DNA of 64,000 nt from Azolla caroliniana (lineage: Eukaryota > Plantae > Polypodiophyta): positions 1,178,001 to 1,242,000 of the forward strand of contig JBHGNT010000013.1 of assembly GCA_043228905.1 (NCBI GenBank), read 5' to 3'. Position numbers and translations under genes: made by a program. The notes beneath the pieces were generated by a model. That model did no database searches. It was not told where the DNA came from and saw nothing but the letters and a program-made list of their open reading frames with translations. The first letter of the stretch is position 1, and every line of letters begins with the position of its first letter. Of the stretch, positions 60,701-64,000 are shown one piece after another.

Positions 60701-61509
60701 GTCGATGGTCCCTCGTCCGGCCGTCGTTCCATCGTCATTCTTCGTGGCCGCTTGTTCAGGCGTCGTCTATCTGTTGTCAGTTGCCGCTATCGTCCGTCTA
60801 TCAAATCGTTGTTTGGTCGCTTTTTCGGCCACTTTTCTGCGTCAATGACATCGGCTCCATCGCTTTTCGACGACTTTGTCCTCGTCATTGTTCCTCATAG
60901 TCTTAGTCGTTCTTGGTCTTTGTCACTATGTCCATTCTTTCTCTCCCGGCTTTCTTGTTTTCTTCCTTCTTCTTCTTCTATTTCCTCTTCCCCTCTTTTT
61001 AGATCTCTTAGGTGACTTCAATTAATCCTCAAATTGTTTCGTGATTAGGAAGCTAAATCTCTTACTGGATCGAATCACCTTCTGACATTTGTTCGATCGA
61101 ATCGTTTCACAATGCAATAGTATAATGTTTAAGTTATCCAACAAGATTAATGGAAGGAGTCTTCATCATATAGATCCCCATCAATTTTTGTTATGAAGGG
61201 GCTCCAGCTCTTCTTAGTGCACAACGGATCATGATGTGTTGGATCGTTTAGTGTGCTCAAGACAAGAAAGGAAGGGGGAAGGAGACTTACCTCTGTAGCA
61301 ACCCAAAAGCTTCTACTTCATTACACTGAACGAAACCTCTTTCGTCTGTTTTCTTCTTCTCTTACAACTACACTCATTATTACTTTTTTACCTTAGTTAT
61401 AAGTGACTTACATATTCAGCGAATTATCTGTGACTAGCTAAATAGTTGTGAATAGCTAAATAGCTATTTTACGTACATGTCCACTAGTAGCTAATTTCCC
61501 AATAGCTAC

Positions 61510-61650
61510 TATAGAAGGTCTTGTTATAGTCAAATATATGAGGTTGCCCACCATAGACCTATACATGTTTATATCTTCTATTTTGGCTCCCAAATCAGCC
61601 CGTAGTTTGTAGTTGTTATCCTGTAATACATCAATAGGTTTGCATCCAAG
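61510..61650 (-). pseudogene. Ty1/copia RT fragment interrupted by G6
   Basis: GCKPIDVLQDNNYKL..MYRSMVGNLIYLTITRP. Confidence 0.75.
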
Positions 61651-64000
61651 TGTCAAGATTCGAACTCTTGACACGACCATGTTATAATCTAGTATTATGA
61701 GTTAACCAAGATATCTAGTACATAGTTATGTATGTAATTGGTCCTTATTATTTTGCTAGCATCATGTGCATAGTTGCTCCCTTGTAGTATTTACACTTGG
61801 CACATGCATGCATACCTACATGCTCTATTGTAGATTCACATGCGTGCAACAAGTATGCATGCCATGTAGTGTAAATAGAGGAGTTCACCTTGAAGGAATT
61901 CAAGGTGAACAACACCAGTTATGGAGTCTTTCCTTTAATACTATCTTCTTTCTTGTCCATTTGGTTATCTTCTTGCTTGTCTCTTGAGCTTATGATCCGT
62001 GACAGTTTGTTCATCTTCCCATCCTCATAGCTCTCCCTCTCATAAGCCATAGTTATGTCTGACTCAACTAGTGAGTTAGGCCAAATAATGGTAGCCTTAC
62101 GACAACTACAACTTGAAAATGAAGCTCTTTGAAATTCTTTACAAGAACTTCAAGTCGGTACCTCCCTATCCTCACAACCCCCGAACCCTAGTCTCCCACA
62201 ACAACCTAGCCTAGAGCCCGATCTTCTACCAACATCTAGCCTAGCTTTGTCATAGTTTCTTGAGCCTAAGGTTAGCCTCCCAGAAAAATTTGATGGAACG
62301 AGGTCGTGTTTCCGAGGGTTCATCAACCAAGTTCAACTTATCATTCGGCTACAACCTCAACGTTATGGAGATGGTCTTCGACAAGTCGGCCTTGTGGGCA
62401 CCCTTCTCTCCGGTCCGGCCCAAGCTTGGTTTGCACCATTGGTAGAAACCTCGTCACCTCTATTGGAGGACTTTCCCGCCTTCCTCGCCGAGTTAGAGGT
62501 CACATTTGGAGAGACGGACCGACGACGTACATCTCTTAACAAGATTTATGCACTCGAACAAGGTTCGCGTGCAGCTTCGGTCTATGCTTCAGAATTTTGA
62601 CAACTAGCATGCAACGTCAATTGGGATGATCAAGCTTTAGCTGATCACTTTCGGTGCGGCCTTCGAAGCAATGTCAAGAATCTTCTCTTAAACTTTCCGG
62701 AGCCCACCTCGTTATCCCAAGCGATTTCACAAGCAGTCCATTGTGACAATCGTCTTTTCGAATTTCCCCAAGAAGAGCGCCGGACTTGGGTTCCACCTCA
62801 TTCACTTCCACGCCATGCCTCGATCATACAACCCCAGGCATCCTCACACTCGCCTACTTTGGCAAATGCTCCTGTCCCCATGGAAATTGATCAAGCCCGA
62901 TTTCAGCCATTGACTGATGCTGAACGACAATTTCGGCGGGCTAATGGCTTGTGCATGTATTGTGGCGCCTCCGGTCATGTCGTTCGCCATTGTCCTAGGA
63001 GTACTCGCCCACAATTCCATCGAGCTAACAGACCCCAACATCCGGAAAACGACATCGTTCGGTTGCAGTAGGAGCCATGCAACTAAACATCTCCCATCGC
63101 CCACATTCTCTTGGTTCCATTGCCCGACCATTAGGCAATTTCACATTGGAGGTATGGCTTTCGTTTAACTCTAGTTCCATTCAGTCTGTTGCTTTACTTG
63201 ATTCTGGGGCATCTTCTTGCTTCATCGACATCGCATTTGCCCAAGCACATGGCGTACCTGTCGTTGGCCTCTCAAAACCCATTCCAGTTGAAGCCATCAA
63301 CGGGTGCGTCCTCTCATCAGGTGCAATTACTCAAGCTACAATCCCATTAGGGCTTCGGGTGGGCTCACACCAGGAGGAGCTCGCCTTTTACCTCATCGCA
63401 TCTCCTCGACATCCGATCGTCTTAGAACTAACGTGGTTGGAGGTGCACAATCCAATAGTGGATTAGTGCAACCGCTCGATCACATTTAGCAAGCCAAGAT
63501 GCTCGTGCAAAAGTATGAAGGTAAATTCAGTTTCCTATCCTTCGGAGACCGTCGATTCCGAATTGACTACCCCATCATCGGTCCAGGATGGGTTTGTTTG
63601 TGGCGCCATTTCTAACACACTCCATGTTATTCAAATACCAACACTTCTCTGACGTATTTGAAAAATGTAATGTTGATCGTTTGCTTGAACATCGGCTCTA
63701 CGATTGTCTGATTGATCTTCAAGAAGGTGCGTGTCCACCCTTTGGTCCTCTATATGCGTTATCTACACCAGAGTTGAAGGCCCTTCGTGTGTATCTCGAT
63801 GAGAACCTCGAGAAAGGATTTATTCAACCTTCTAAGTCACCAGCCGGGGCCCCCATTTTATTTGTAAAGAAGAAGGACGGCTCTCTACGCTTATGCGTCA
63901 ACTACCGAGGTCTCAACAAACTCACTGTGCGCAACCGCTATCCGCTACCTCTGATCCCCGAACTCCTTGATCGGCTCTGAGTTGCGCGTGTCTTCTCCAA
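61651..64000 (+). mobile_element. G6: Tcn1-like gypsy chromovirus, 5' part (LTR 61651-62004, gag from 62055, protease, RT), running off the window
   Basis: TGTCA...TGACA LTR. Gag EPKVSLPEKFDG..AQAWF..PVPMEID..LCMYCGASGHVVRHCP, protease [34 protein letters not shown]. Several stops. Confidence 0.88.

Noticed and set aside
60379-61015. Long Phe/Leu/Ser-rich ORFs
   Set aside because: Translations of a CTT low-complexity tract with no recognisable domain.

Overview
Repeat-rich eukaryotic DNA from a land plant. A non-seed plant such as a fern is my inference, from the Tcn1-like and Tat retroelements and the plant-type SAMDC uORFs. 1-36 kb is a nested pile of LTR retrotransposons whose insertion order can be rebuilt from target-site duplications (TSDs): Ty1/copia <- Tcn1-like chromovirus G1 <- Tat-derived G2 <- Met-PBS chromovirus G3 <- Trp-PBS gypsy G4 <- two solo LTRs plus a very young Tat element G5. 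The only host gene, at ~40.3-44.7 kb (+), is the highlight. It is an intronless 807-aa ORF (42000-44423) joining a complete plant-type pyruvoyl S-adenosylmethionine decarboxylase (SAMDC) in frame to a complete PLP-dependent ornithine decarboxylase (ODC), an architecture best known from Plasmodium. Its spliced leader carries the plant SAMDC polyamine-sensing tiny/small uORF pair plus a third chained uORF. Downstream are a near-perfect 5854-bp tandem duplication (hAT element plus LINE fragments), degenerate TE debris, and the 5' part of another Tcn1-like element (G6) with a self-priming-type PBS. All coordinates and mismatch counts were read by eye.
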